Position numbers and translations under genes: made by a program. A DNA stretch of 64,000 bases from Phyllobates terribilis (Eukaryota), in assembly GCF_046119375.1 (NCBI RefSeq), contig NW_027362764.1, forward strand, positions 802,528,001-802,592,000, read 5' to 3'. Positions 36,477-51,515 of this stretch are shown here, in pieces (within the stretch, counting starts at the first letter, position 1; every line of letters starts with the position of its first letter). A model generated the notes under the pieces. The model was not told the origin of the DNA, ran no database searches, and was given only the letters and a program-made list of their open reading frames with translations.

Positions 36477-38200
36477 ACCACCTTGTCCCTACAGAGCTGT
36501 ATGATTAGTGCCACCACCTTGTCCCTGCAGAGCTGTATGATCAATGCCACCACCTTGTCCCTGCAGAGCTGTATTATCAGAGCCACCACCTTGTCCCTGC
36601 TGAGCTGTATGATTAGTGCCACCACCTTGTCCCTGCAGAGCTGTATGATCAGTGCCACCACCTTGTCCCTGCAGAGCTGTATGATCAGTGCAACCACCTT
36701 GTCCCTGCAGAGCTGTATGATCAGTTCCCACCACCTTGTCCATGCAGAGCTGTATGATTAGTGCCACCACCTTGTCCCTGCAGAGCTGTATGATCAGTGC
36801 CACCACCTTGTCCCTGCAGAGCTGTATGATCAGTGCCACCACCTTGTCCCTGCAGAGCTGTATGATCAGTGCCACCACCTTGTCCATGCAGAGCGGTATG
36901 ATCAGTGCCACCACCTTGTCCCTGCAGAGCTGTATGATCAGTGCCACCACCTTGTCCCTGCAGAGCTGTATGATCAGTGCAACCACCTTGTCCCTGCAGA
37001 GCTGTATGATCAGTTCCCACCACCTTGTCCATGCAGAGCTGTATGATTAGTGCCACCACCTTGTCCCTGCAGAGCTCTATGATCAGTGCCACCACCTTGT
37101 CCCTGCAGAGCTGTATGATCAGTGCCACCACCTTGTCCCTGCAGAGCTGTATGATCAGTGCCACCACCTTGTCCATGCTGAGCGGTATGATCAGTGCCAC
37201 CACCTTGTCCCTGCAGAGCTGTATGATCAGTGCCACCACCTTGTCCATGCAGAGCTGTATGATTATCATAGAATCATAGAATGGTAGAGTTGGAAGGGAC
37301 CTCCTGGGTCATCTGGTCCAACCCCCTGCTCAAAGCAGGATTCACTAAATCATCTCAGACAGATGTCTGTCCAGCCTCTGTTTGAAGACGTCCATTGAAG
37401 GGGAACTCACCACCTCTCGTGGCAGCCTGTTCCACTCATTAATCACCCTAACTGTCAAAAAGTTTTTTCTAATATCTAATCTGTGTCTCCTCCCATTTAG
37501 TTTCATCCCATTGCTTCTAGTCTTTCCTTGTGCAAATGAGAATAAAAATGATCCTTCTACAATGTGACAGCCCTTGACATATTTGTAGACAGCTATTAAG
37601 TCTCCTCTCAGTCTTCTTTTTTGCAGCTAAACATTCCCAAATCCTGCAACCGTTCCTCATAGGACATGGTTTGCAGACCAGTCACCATTCTGGTCGCTCT
37701 TCTCTGAACTTGCTCCAGTTTGTCTATGTCTTTTTTAAAATGTGGTGCCCAAAACTGTACACAGTATTCCAGATGAGGTCTGACCAAAGAGGAGTAAAGA
37801 CCGATAATGACTTCACGTGATCTAGACTGTATGCTTCTCCTAATACCTCCCAGAATTGTATTTGCCTTTTTTGCTGCTGCATCACAAATTAGTGCCACCA
37901 CCTTGTCCCTGCAGAGCTGTATGATTAGCGGCACCACCTTGTCCCCGGCAGAGCTGTATGAGCAGTGCCACAACCTTGTCCCTGCAGAGCTGTATGATTA
38001 GTGCCACCACCTTGTCCCTGCAGAGCTGTGTGATCAGTGCCACCACCTTGTCCCTGCAGAGCTGTGTGATTAGTGCCACCACCTTGTCCCTGCAGAGCTG
38101 TATGATTAGTGCCACCACCTTGTCCCTGCAGAGCTGTATGATTAGTGCCACCATCTTGTCCCTACAGAGCAGTATGATCAGTGCCACCACCTTGTCCGCG
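36471..38200 (+). repeat. 36-bp minisatellite built from histone 3'-processing signals (~30 units, split by CR1)
   Basis: Unit CAGTGCCACCACCTTGTCCCTGCAGAGCTGTATGAT. Starts in the 3' arm of the stem-loop; units carry AGAGCTGTA. Confidence 0.92.
37266..37886 (-). mobile_element. CR1 3' fragment (~620 bp) inserted in the 36-bp array
   Basis: Same family as 29662-30300, with (CATAGAAT)n tail; probable 4-bp TSD ATTA. Confidence 0.9.
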
Positions 38201-38539
38201 GCAGAGATTATAGTGTGTACTGGGAGCGCTGTGTCCCGATCTCACCAGTGCAGATGACAGATGAGCAGTTATTGGAGGGAAGGGGCCGATGTCCTACAGA
38301 AATCAATCACCGCTTGTAACCCGTGTCTGTAATAGTGAAAGGGGAGAGTGAGGTTATTACTTCGATGTTAGAATTGAAACTCCAATGAATTTGCACGAGG
38401 AGCCGCTGGACAGCTCCGTGTGCCGGGTATATAGACATACAGTGACATCGACGGCTCCTGCTGTAGAAGCCGCATGTAGACATGGTGTGACCGTGTCTGT
38501 ATCTTCAGCTGGAAAAAAAAGTGTGAACAGAGACCCAGC

Positions 38540-38700
38540 CCCCTTTTTTTGGAGGGCGGAATTACTGAGTCTGGCTGAGCTTCTTCTGAACGATGATTGG
38601 TCGCGGATATCACACACTATTTGGCGGCTCATGTTCTACAAAGTAACCAGTGCAGTGTAGGGGCATGTTCACATGAAGAGGAGTATAAATACCCTGCTCC
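38540..38700 (+). promoter_or_regulatory. H3 promoter
   Basis: GC box near 38545, reverse CCAAT at 38596-38600, TTTGGCGG E2F-like site, TATAAAT at 38684-38690. Confidence 0.65.
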
Positions 38701-38742
38701 GGCCGCTCCGCTCATCACTTCTGTACCCGTCTATACAGCGCT

Positions 38743-40540
<1,798 letters not shown>

Positions 40541-41204
40541 CATTGGAGAGCATTGCAGTCACAGACACAGCTGCGGCTGCAATGCAGGAATGAAGCTGAG
40601 CATTGACCTGGTCAGGCTATCTGGCTAAGGCAGATTAGTAAAACCCGGCAGGGCCTTCATTTCTTGGAGGAGGCTACAGGAAGGCAGTGGGGCGGCCGCC
40701 TCCCTCCAACCCGGGTTTTCTTGCCACAGGTCCTTTAAAAACCCTGCATTAAGGATTAGTGTTGTTCAGTGTTGGGACCTGCTAGGAGCATAGCAGGAAA
40801 GCCCGGCGGGCATGTGAGTAGCTGAACCCACGCCTGGGAAGGCTCTGCACCCGTCAGGCTCTGAGCGGCCCGGCGCGGCCGTTGCTCCCGGCAACCGTTG
40901 TTTTTGACTTGTGTTAACCCGGCTGTGAACCGGAGGATTTTCTTTTTTACCTGTGAGTCCCTAGGCTCCCCAGTCCGACACTGGAAGGGGGGATGGAGGG
41001 TCTGATGTTTAACGTCGGGCCCTCCTGTCTCACAGGCCCCATAGCAGCTGCATGACCGTACGCCCCGGTCACTGGGTAAGAAATCGTGTGTAGATCGGAG
41101 TTGTATCTTCTCTTCCTGTAGCGGTGACCATTGCAGATGAGGAGGAGCCGGAGCTTCATGTTACCCAGAACTGATCACAGCTACTGGATGCGGTCACTGA
41201 CTCA

Positions 41205-41325
41205 CCGGTACCGGGCACTGGCAGCCGCTGATCTCCGGTGTCCTCACCGTCCCCGGCACTGGCAGCTACTGATCTCCGGTGTCCTCACCGTCCCGGGCAC
41301 TGGCAGCCGCTGATCTCCGGTGTCC
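41205..41325. repeat. 41-bp tandem repeat, 3 copies
   Basis: GATCTCCGGTGTC at 41230, 41271 and 41312. Confidence 0.8.
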
Positions 41326-42189
41326 TTGTAATAGAAGAAGAGTCTTTCAGAGAATCAGTGCGAGATGTCTGTAATAAGGAGAAAGAGCGCCATCTGGTGA
41401 GCATTTCAAGTTTGCACGCTGGACCTGGTCAGGTGACCTCCAGCAGAGGATTTCAAAATGTAACGGAGGAGCGCGCAGTGCCTGAGGTGATTTCGGCGCC
41501 AGACACAGAGAGAGACGTGACGCAGGCCGGACGCGCTGAAGGAACCAGCGAGAGAGACCGGGGTGAGAGACCCGTAAGGCAAGACGGTTGGCTGCCGGTG
41601 AACGAGCGCGGGATTCAGCGCAGTGGTCCCTCGGGTGTCACTGCTAAGGAAGAGGACCAGGACTTGGATACGACATTAAGGAAATGTACAGGACCCTCCT
41701 ACCCACGATGTGGTAAACCGCCCCGATTAACAGGACAAAGAGAGGATAGAAACGAGTCGTGCCGGAGAGATCTCGTCAGCAGAAGCCGATGAGTGTCATC
41801 ACTGAACAGGGCTGTCACTTCAACCGCTCCCTCACCGTACCGGGAACAATCGGGTTTAGGGTATCAGGTTGGGAGGGGGACGGATGAGGTGGAACAAGCC
41901 AAACGGGATCTAATTGACTTTGTCAGAAAAAGACTAAAAGGCCTAGCGGGAATAACCAGAACTGATGGACTTCAGTGCTAATCCCATATTTGGGTTGAAG
42001 ACAGTATTTTAGAGAAGGATTTTATTGCTATTGTTATTGCTATTGTGATAGTGCTCTCATTACTAACCCCTGTTGCAATCCCTGTCGGCTTGTTTAATAT
42101 ACAGTATATATATATATATAAATTGTTATTTATAGCTATTTGACTGCCCTCATTTTGTGACTCTGCGCGCTGCATTCTGACACCTGCAT

Positions 42190-45100
42190 TACATTTGATT
42201 CGCTGTTTAATAGACACTGGGTCTCAGGTGACCACTATGCCTGAAGCGTATTTTCAAAGTCATTTTCCAGAGGTTGCTCGTTCCTGGAAGGAAGCTAAAC
42301 AAATACCTATCCCGGTGGCAGAGGTAGTATGGATGTCGGTCCGGACATGTGGAAAGAACCTCGGCTGAAAGGGGATAATTCTGACCACAGGGTCTGGAGG
42401 TGACGGGCCCATTGTAACCCTGGGCATGAATGTGCTTAAGGAGGTAGGACAGTTCTGACAGGCTGAGGATTCTGACAGAAATAACTGGACCCGCACCACT
42501 CGTGACCCAGCCATCAAGAGGGTCTTTTAACACCTCGTACGAGTCAGTCAAATTCAAAAATTACCTGTTGCTTCTCAGTATCTTGGTAGAGTGTCTATGC
42601 CGTCTGAAGCTACAGTGACATTGCCAGTAGGACAGACTGGACTGTGCTCACTCTGCCGATGCTGGCACATGTACCATTAGAGGGTATGGACTTTCAGATA
42701 GAACCAATAGAAGGGGAAGAAGGGTCTGCTGGACTTCTGGTTGCTCGCACACTGGCTACCATGCGTCAAGGTCGAGTACCCGTACGCTGTATTAACCTAA
42801 GTGGCACAAGCCTACAGTTGTTGCCCCGCCATGACATAGCACGGGTTTGCATAATGCCAGAGGACCTAACCAGAGCGGATGCTATAGAGTTGGAGCCCGT
42901 GGACGGAGAATCATGGACCCTAGAGGTGTCTCTTCAAAGGCAAGAAGTCAAAAGGGAACTTTTAGCTGGGCGTCGCCTCTCAGAGCAAATGGAGGCTAAT
43001 GTCACTGAGTTCTCGGCTGGACAAGTTAAGCAGATCGAGCAACTTTTACAGCGTTACCAGGGGGTGTTGCATAACATGAAGATGATTTCGGGTGCACTCA
43101 AGATATTCCACAGGAAATACGGCTCCCATTCGGGAAAAGTATCGGCAGATCCCACCTCAAATCTACCAGGAGGTAAAAGAACTTTTAGCCCATATGCTGC
43201 GGAATGGTGTAATCCACGAAAGTCAGAGTCCTTGGGCAGCTCCTATTGTGCTAGTTCGAAAAAAAAGACGGTACTCTGAGATTTTGAGTAGATTATCAGA
43301 AATTGAATGCATGTGTGACGCCCAGCTGCGCTTGGTATCACAGATCCTGGAAGAGTGCATTGATGGATTCCTCCACAAGAGGCCCCCATAACCATTCACA
43401 CATCTCCACCTTCCACCTCAGACCACCAGAGGGAGCCCGTTAGGGATAGATAAATAGGGAAGGTGGAGCCAGGCAGCAGTTGGTCTAGACTGGAGTCGAC
43501 AGAGAGCAGAACCTGTTGAGAGAGTTCCTGCAGTAGAGAAGCCTGAGAGAGGTTAGTCTGCAGTGGAGCACAGTCCAGACTCGGTTGTAGCTCAGAGGAG
43601 TGAGCTTTAGGTGTGCCGGCGCCATAAGATCGGTGAAGCGCGGCAAGCTGCCGTTAGTGTGAGTAGCCTAGTGAGGGCCCGAGTAGGCCGAAGGCGAGTG
43701 GAGAGTTAGTACATAGGGGGCAGAGGAGCTTAACTAGCTCACCCCGAAGAATTTACCGGACACCGGGTCCGAAGCTTACCGGGATCTCCATGACCCAGTA
43801 AGATATAACCGGAATCCCTGGACAACTACAAGTCCCAGGATCGCTAAAGTGCTGATACAAAACAGAGTCAGGAGACATATAGGCCCCGCAAGCTGAGGAG
43901 CGTGTACTCCAAGGAAAGGCCCTACCACAAGGTCAGCCAGCGCAGGACAGAGACAAAGTTAAGCCTAGCTCCAGGCAGGTCAGAAACTTACTACGCAGAG
44001 GCAAGAAACAGGAGGCCCTACACCCGCTCATTGGGGAGGATCCTGATATGCACCCTTCACCCTACAGTGCTCCGGGACGTGCCTGAATTTCCATCAGTAA
44101 AAGGTACTGAAGTGACTATCGTGTCTGTCCCTGTTCTTGCTCTGACCCGACTGGATCTCGCCTGTTCTGCATTCCTCCTTCATACGCTGCCCTGAGGCCT
44201 AGCTCCACCTGTGGGGGGCTATACCATCGAGCTGCCTTATCATCGGCCTCAGTGGACTGCACAGCGCTGGTGATTCTCACCAGAAGCCCCAGGTGGCGTC
44301 ACGAACTTTTATAAAATAAACCAAACATCCACGCTTTTAGAGAGAGACCCCAGGGTACGGGCCAGGGAGCCGAACACCGCGACATCCCTAAGGCCAGGCT
44401 AAAGGCCCGGGTACCGAGTCATTCCCATTCCCCTGGGCTAGTCACATGTACTGTGCGAGACTCTTAACCATTACCCCGAATATAAGAATCTCTATCCGCA
44501 TTAAGAAGTGCTAAATTCTTCTCTTCTCTTGACCTGGCCAGTGGCTATTGGCAGGTCCCAGTAGCTGAGAAAGATAATCCGAAAACTACCTTTGTTCTTC
44601 CAATGGGTTTGTTGAGTTTAACCGGATGCCGTTCGGGCTGACAAATGCACCAGGAACATTCCAAAGAGTGATGGAGAGATGCTTGGGGGACCTCAACTTC
44701 GAAGCTACTTTAATTTATCTGTATGATATAATTATTTATTCAGCCACGTTTGAAGATCATCTCCGCCGACTGGAACAAGTGCTAGAATGACTTCAGAGGC
44801 ATGGATTGAAAATCAAGCCTTGTAAGTGTCATCTCTTCAAACGGGAAATTGAATATTTGGGGAACACTGTGTCCAGTGCGGGAGTGTATCCCACTGCTGA
44901 GAAAGTAGCTGCAGTGCAGAAGTGGCCCACACCAGTCAACTTAAGGGAGTTGGGAGCATTTCTAGGACTCGCTGGATATTACCTCAGATTCATAAAAGAT
45001 TTTGCTAAGATTGCGGCCCCGCTTAGTGAATTACTGAGGGGAACGGCTGGAGGAGCAAAGCGGCAACCTATTCCGTGGGGACCACGACAAGAAGAGGTGT

Positions 45101-45235
45101 TTCGAGCATTGAAAATGGCACTAAGGAATGCCCCAATACTGGCCTATGCTGATTTCTCACAGCCTTTTGTATTGTACACTGATGAAAGTCTATATGGACT
45201 GGGAGCAATGTTGGCTCAAGTGCAAGGACGCGACC
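42190..45235 (+). mobile_element. pol: Second decayed Gypsy family (protease, RT, RNase H), interrupted by a solo LTR
   Basis: IRCLIDTGSQVTT at 42198, SQSPWAAPIVLV, decayed YLDD (YLYD) near 44716, and LYTDESLYGLGAML. Confidence 0.8.
43314..44446 (+). mobile_element. Solo LTR (~1.13 kb) in Gypsy RT
   Basis: TGTGAC...GTCACA ends and probable 4-bp TSD CATG. Removal restores LNACTVRDS. Confidence 0.75.
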
Positions 45236-45670
45236 AATCAGCGATCTTGCCGACACATTTAAACACTGCTGTGCTGATTGGTCGCGGACGCTGCCCGCGA
45301 CCAATCAGCGATTTTGGACACAAATGTCCGGTCCTTAGTAACACCATGCGGCTACTGTCGGGAGATCAGCGGCTAGGGTGTCAAGGGAGGACCGGGGAGC
45401 GGCTCATCTCCCGGCTTCTCGCAGCGGAAGTAGCCGCACAGGCAGCGCCGCTCCCCGGTCCTCACTAATACAATTCGCTGACTGGTCGCGCCCTCCTGCC
45501 GCGACCAATTAGTGATCTTGAACGCAAAATTTAAACATGCTGTCCGGTCCTTAGTAACACGGCTCGCTGATTGGTCGCGGACTCCGGCCGCGACCAATCA
45601 GCGATATTTGCGCTAGATTTAAAACCTGCTTCCATGATTGGTCGTGGATGCCGCCCGCGAGCAATCACAG
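45230..45670. repeat. Cluster of CCAAT-containing palindromes
   Basis: GCTGATTGGTCGCGG-N7-CCGCGACCAATCAGC hairpins near 45274 and 45565, with decayed copies near 45476 and 45636. Confidence 0.7.
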
Positions 45671-45824
45671 ATTTTAGCCCCAAATTTAAACAGGCTCTCT
45701 GGCCAATTACCGCAGGATTTCAAATAAGTACGCCACCTTCGGGAGATAGCAGGGCTGACTCCGCCCATGTGGTCATGTGACTCACCAACTGCTCATAACG
45801 TACTGAGCATGTTTTCTCAGTCAC

Positions 45825-45930
45825 ACTGTGCGAGGGACTTCAGTCACACTGTGAGAGGGACTTCAGTCACACTGTGAGAGGGACTTCAGTCACACTGTGA
45901 GAGGGACTTCAGTCATACTGTGCGAGGGAC
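45825..45930. repeat. 23-bp tandem repeat, ~4 copies
   Basis: CAGTCACACTGTGAGAGGGACTT. Confidence 0.85.
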
Positions 45931-46089
45931 TTATGTCAGGTTTACTGAACACGTTCTGCCAGTGACAGCGCGCTGAACAGATACTTATTTACGTTTCCTG
46001 TTTTATAATGGGTCGAAAGCGAAAATACGCCACGGAGGAAGACAGAAAAGCAGCAGAAGCAGCAAGAAAACGACGTTGAGAGCAACAGA

Positions 46090-48245
46090 CACCACAACAC
46101 ACTGCCGCTAGACAAGCCCAGGATGCGGAAGCTCACAAAAAACGCCGGGAACAGGAGACACCGCAACACACTGCCGCCAGACAAGCCCAGGATGCCGAAT
46201 CTCACCAAAAACGCCGGGAACAGGAGACACCGCAACGCACTGCCGCCAGACAAGCCCAGGATGCGGAATCTCACAAAAAACGCCGGGAACAGGAGATGAT
46301 CCGGTCCGTGCCCAGGGAGTCAGACTAAGTGGCGCTGTATTAGCGGTAGATGTTGGACGACTACGCCACCCGTTGAGTACAGCTAAGGAGCTGCTGCTGC
46401 AGGGCAGACCGCTGAGGCCGGTGGTAGGATTGTGCAGCGTGATAGTATAACCCCCAACGGGAGGGGTATGGCCTCAGGGCAGCCGACGTGGATGATGGGG
46501 GTAGCAGGAACCACTCGGAGACGGTACGGTGTAGTTCAGGGTCTTTACTGGTGACAAAGATAGACCCTCCCGGAGTACTGGCTAGCGATTGGGGCCTGGT
46601 CAGTCCTTGAGCAGATGGGATCTCCCCTGGCCAGGCGGAGTTGTAGGCCTCCCAAACTAACGATACTCTTCCGGCTACCTTGCTAGAGGCGGGTATAAGT
46701 AGCCCACGTCCCTGAGTGTACCGTGTGGTGCTCACCCGTATGGCCGGTGACTCGGGGCCTTCTAGTAGCTTCCGCTCCACGACGGCGGTGCTGGTCCCAC
46801 GCGTGTGACCGTGCCTTCGGGTTTCTGGGCCAGAGGACCTGCAATCCCCTGCCGGTCGGTTTCTGCTGCTGGATAGGAGTTAGTCCCCACAGCCTCGGAC
46901 TCCGGGTCCGGTGATAACTTCTCAGTCAGGGCGAGCTCTGCAGCTGCCAGCCCCTGACTCCTTGTAGCACTGCTCCCACAGAGCTCCTGATGTTCTTTTC
47001 CTATATCTGCTTCTCTGTCTCTACTTCTTCTCTACTCCCTAACCCTGCCTCAGCCCTAAGTTTATATAGGGGAAGTTCTTCCCCTCCCAGGACTGGGCAG
47101 GAGGTGTGGCATGCATAGGATCCCTGACCAAGAGACCTCCCACCTGCTCTCAGACATAACATTGCTGTTACTGTGGAAACCAGACCCCTGGGGTGCCACA
47201 GAGACACGTCAACACACTGCCGCCAGACAAGCCCAGGATGCCGAATCTCACCAAAAACGCCGGGAACAGGAGACACCGCAACACACTGCCGCCAGACAAG
47301 CCCAGGATGCGGAATCTCAACAAAAATGCCGGGAACAGGAGACACCGCAACACACTGCCGCCAGACAAGCCCAGGATGCGGAATCTCACCAAAAACGCCG
47401 GGAACAGGAGACACCGCAACACACTGCCGCCAGACAAGCCCAGGATGCGGAAGCTCAGCAAAAACGCAGGAACAGGAGACACCGCAACACACTGCCGCCA
47501 GACAAGCTCACGATGCGGAATCTCACCAAAAACGCCAGGAACAGGAGACACCGCAACACACTGCCGCCAGACATGCCCAGGATGCGGAATCTGAACAAAA
47601 ACTCTGGGAATAGGAGACACCGCAACACACTGCCGCCAGACAAGCCTGGGATGCGGAAGCTCACCAAAAACGCCGGGAATAAGACACAGCAACACACTGC
47701 CGCCAGACAAGCCCAGGATGCGGAATCTCACCAAAAACGCCGGAAAAAGGAGACACCGCAACACACTGCCGCCAGACAAGCCCACAATGTGGAATCTCAC
47801 CAAAACGCCGGGAACAGGAGACACCGCAACACACTGCCGCCAGACAAGCCTGGGATGCGGAAGCTCACCAAAAACGCCGGGAACAAGAGACACAGCAACA
47901 CACTGCCGCCAGACAAGCCCAGGATGCGGAATCTCACCAAAAACGCCGGAAAAAGGAGACACCGCAACACACTGCCGCCAGACAAGCCCACGATGCGGAA
48001 TCTCACCAAAATGCCGGGAACAAGAGACACAGCAACACACTGCCGCCAGACAAGCCCAGGATGTGGAATCTCACCAAAAACGCCGGAAAAAGGAGACACC
48101 GCAACACACTGCCGCCAGACAAGCCCAGGATATGGAATCTCAACAAAAACGCCGGGAACAGGAGACACCGCAACACACTGCCGCCAGACAAGCCCAGGAT
48201 GCGGAATCTCACCAAAAACGCCAGAAAAAGGAGACACCGCAACAC
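46090..48245. repeat. 69-bp minisatellite (~3 + ~15 units, split by a solo LTR)
   Basis: AACACACTGCCGCCAGACAAGCCCAGGATGCGGAATCTCACCAAAAACGCCGGGAACAGGAGACACCGC with period 69. Confidence 0.93.
46297..47200 (-). mobile_element. Solo LTR (904 bp) in the 69-bp array
   Basis: 4-bp TSD GAGA. TG and CCCTGGGGTGCCACA ends. TATATAAA and AGTAAA on the minus strand. Confidence 0.75.
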
Positions 48246-48494
48246 ACATACTATATCCGTATAATTATAGGGCATCTAGTAGTGAGTGAATTATATTGTG
48301 AAAAATGCAATAAGCAGAGGAATAACGTTACATCCATCACGTGATCAGTAATAGAAGCCGCACCTGTGTGACCAGAGCAGCGCGATGCGTTTTGTGCACT
48401 GCCGGGGTCTGGGGGAGAGAATGCGCCGGAGGAAATGTCTACATAAGGAGGAGCGCGGGCACTGAGGGCTTCCATGGAGGAGGAGACTTGTGGT

Positions 48495-48650
48495 CGGGGA
48501 TTGGTCGGTTCCTGTGGGCGGAGCTTTACTCCGATGTTTCCTTCTCATTCACTGATCAGTTGGTGGTTGTGAATTTCCCGCTCAGTCGCTGCTCGCGCTC
48601 CGGAGGATCATTACCGGTCACTGCTGAGAGCGGAGATCACTGACGTCATT
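48495..48650 (-). promoter_or_regulatory. Orphan histone-type promoter module
   Basis: TGAGCGGGAAATTC 14-mer (48571-48584, minus), GC box at 48516, CCAAT at 48500-48504 (minus) and TGACGTCA at 48641. No gene recognised downstream. Confidence 0.45.
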
Positions 48651-50349
48651 ACGGAATTGTCCACACGATCAAATGTTGAAAAGCCGCACACCGTCCCCAC
48701 GAGAGCTGGCCCCGCTAATTTCAGGGGAGAGAACACAGGGGAAGAAAGGTGTCAGGGGACAGCATGAACGGGATCAGGGATACAGGGGAGCTCTGTATGT
48801 GGGGACAGATTCTAGCTCTGCCGTCCTCTCCCGGAGCGCTGGGTCCTAGTGCCGCTGTCTCCATTGTTCTGCTGTAATGTGCGGAGATGAGCTGGTAACT
48901 CTTTCAGTGACATTTCCAGCAGTTTCTCTTTGTGATCGGATCTCTTCATTTTTCGCTGATTTACCGATGAAGTTACATTAACCATTTGCTCCCCAGATCG
49001 GTGGAGGCGTCTGATCGATGATGAACTCCCAGACTGATCTATTTCCAGTTATAAATCTCACATTGTCACAATGGTCGGATCCGGTGTCTCCGGTGGTTCT
49101 GCTTAGTGCTGATTGGCTGATCTCTGAATTTGAATCTCCCGCACATTGGCTGACAGTTTCTCTGCTCTTTGTCTCAGTCTGTGTAACACCCGGTCTCCGG
49201 TCGGGCGGCTCTCAGGAGATCTGCTCGTGTTTATTGATCGGCGGCCGATCTTCTCCCGCACAGGAGTCGGATCCCCGGGTTAATGGCGCAGTGTCCGCTC
49301 CTGTGATACCGGCTGCGGGGAGGGAGCGGGATGTGATCCGCTTTATCCTCCATCACACCGAGCACAGGAGATCGCTGCCGGCTGTAGCTCCGACCGAACA
49401 TTACACTGATGCCGGGATCCTCCGGAATAATCTGTGTCCACGTGTGGATCATAGAGAAGGAGGACTCCAGCGAGTAGATGATGAGGGTAGTAGTGAGGAG
49501 CAGGGAGCAGCCGGCTACCAATAGGGGAACCTGTAAGTGATCGGTGCCGGCGCCTCCTCACTGTCTGCAGGCGGATTCCTGGGAGATAAGATTCCGTCCA
49601 GCACAGTTCTCCGCTTATAACGACGTCTTGTTGCTCCGCTGCTTCCATCCTTGTAATTTGGTGACATTTATTGTTTACGGTTGTTAGAAGACACGAATCC
49701 AACAGAACCAACCATTGCCTGACGATGCTGTGGCTGGTTTCTTATTCGTCCGATCCTACAGCATCTTCACTATGACCATATGCAGACCGATATTACAGGC
49801 TGTCACACACGGGATCTCAGACATCTGAACGATGTAAACCCGATCTGCAGAGGATCTGAGTCTGGAATCAGCCGCCGCCCGCACTCCTCTCTCCTCACTG
49901 CTCCTACAGTCAGCGATCCCACCAGATGTTCTGACCTCACAGCTCCCGCCTGACATTGGTCCACCGACCACCTACAATCCCCACACCCTCCGATCTGTGC
50001 AGCACCTGCGAGATAAAGCTGCTGCGGAGCTCGTCCTTTCTGCTCCCACCACTAAAGCCATTGTACGGGTATGGGGCCACCGCTGCTGGGAGCACAGAGC
50101 GAGGATTCCGGCCTCATCTTCTTCTCCGAGTCACATATCCTTTCTCTCCTTAATGGATTCCAGCATTGGGATTTATCGCAGCAGATCGGGGAGCGATGTA
50201 TGTAACAATAATGGGCAGCTCCATCCCCGAGAAGAGGAAACCTGTCTGATCTACAAAGTGACATACAAAAATCCATAACTACATCAATCTGTTTAAGAAC
50301 AAACGTTTTCTATTGGGTGACAAACCCATGTGACCATTGAAACTGTACT

Positions 50350-50460
50350 AAGCTCCGCCCCCTGCAGCTCATTGGTGTTTCCCCAAGTCTCTTCTCCATT
50401 GGCAGCTTCAGATTCATCCAATGACAGGAGAGGAGGGCGGGGCAAGCGACTTATAAAAAG
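50350..50460 (+). promoter_or_regulatory. H2A promoter
   Basis: CCAAT at 50418, GC box at 50435, TATAAAA at 50452. Confidence 0.7.
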
Positions 50461-50481
50461 CAGCGGAGCACGTTCTTGTGA

Positions 50482-50913
<432 letters not shown>

Positions 50914-50949
50914 GCGCTGCAGCCGATCTCCTCAATCCACACAACCAAA

Positions 50950-50965
50950 GGCTCTTCTAAGAGCC
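50950..50965 (+). terminator. Histone 3' stem-loop of H2A
   Basis: GGCTCT TCTA AGAGCC ACCCA; HDE-like AAGAGCCGG near 50983. Confidence 0.92.
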
Positions 50966-51515
50966 ACCCACACCGTCCCCACAAGAGCCGGCGCCGCTGA
51001 TCTCAGGGGAGAGGATATGGGGGAAGGAAAAGGTGAGGACCTTATGAAAGGGGGAGGAATAGGGGGCGTTATTGGTGGAAGTGAGAAACAATATGGGGGG
51101 GAAGTGTATGAAGGCAACACAGGGGAAGAAGTGAGGGGAAAGCATTGGGGAGTGTAAAAGGACACTAATGTGTGAGAACTGTAGAAAGTCATACCCAAAA
51201 AATTATAGACCTCACTTTAGAGAGAATGTGAATAAAACTTGACTTATTTTTAGCAAGGATTAAAATAACCCAGGTGATATTGCTGTGCAGCATTTCTTGT
51301 GGATTCCTCTATGGGATCTCACTCTCCTAAAGCGAATATATCTCCTACCTAGATTGCTGTCTGCAGTCCACTAGCTAGGATAGCTTTTCTAACGACAATT
51401 ATAGATGTCAGTTGCAAGAACATCACAGCTGATCAAGAGTTCACTCCAAGCCTCCCCGACATGTTTTGTCCAAGGCTGGCTTCATCAGAGGACTGAGGTG
51501 ATGAGTGAGGAGTCG

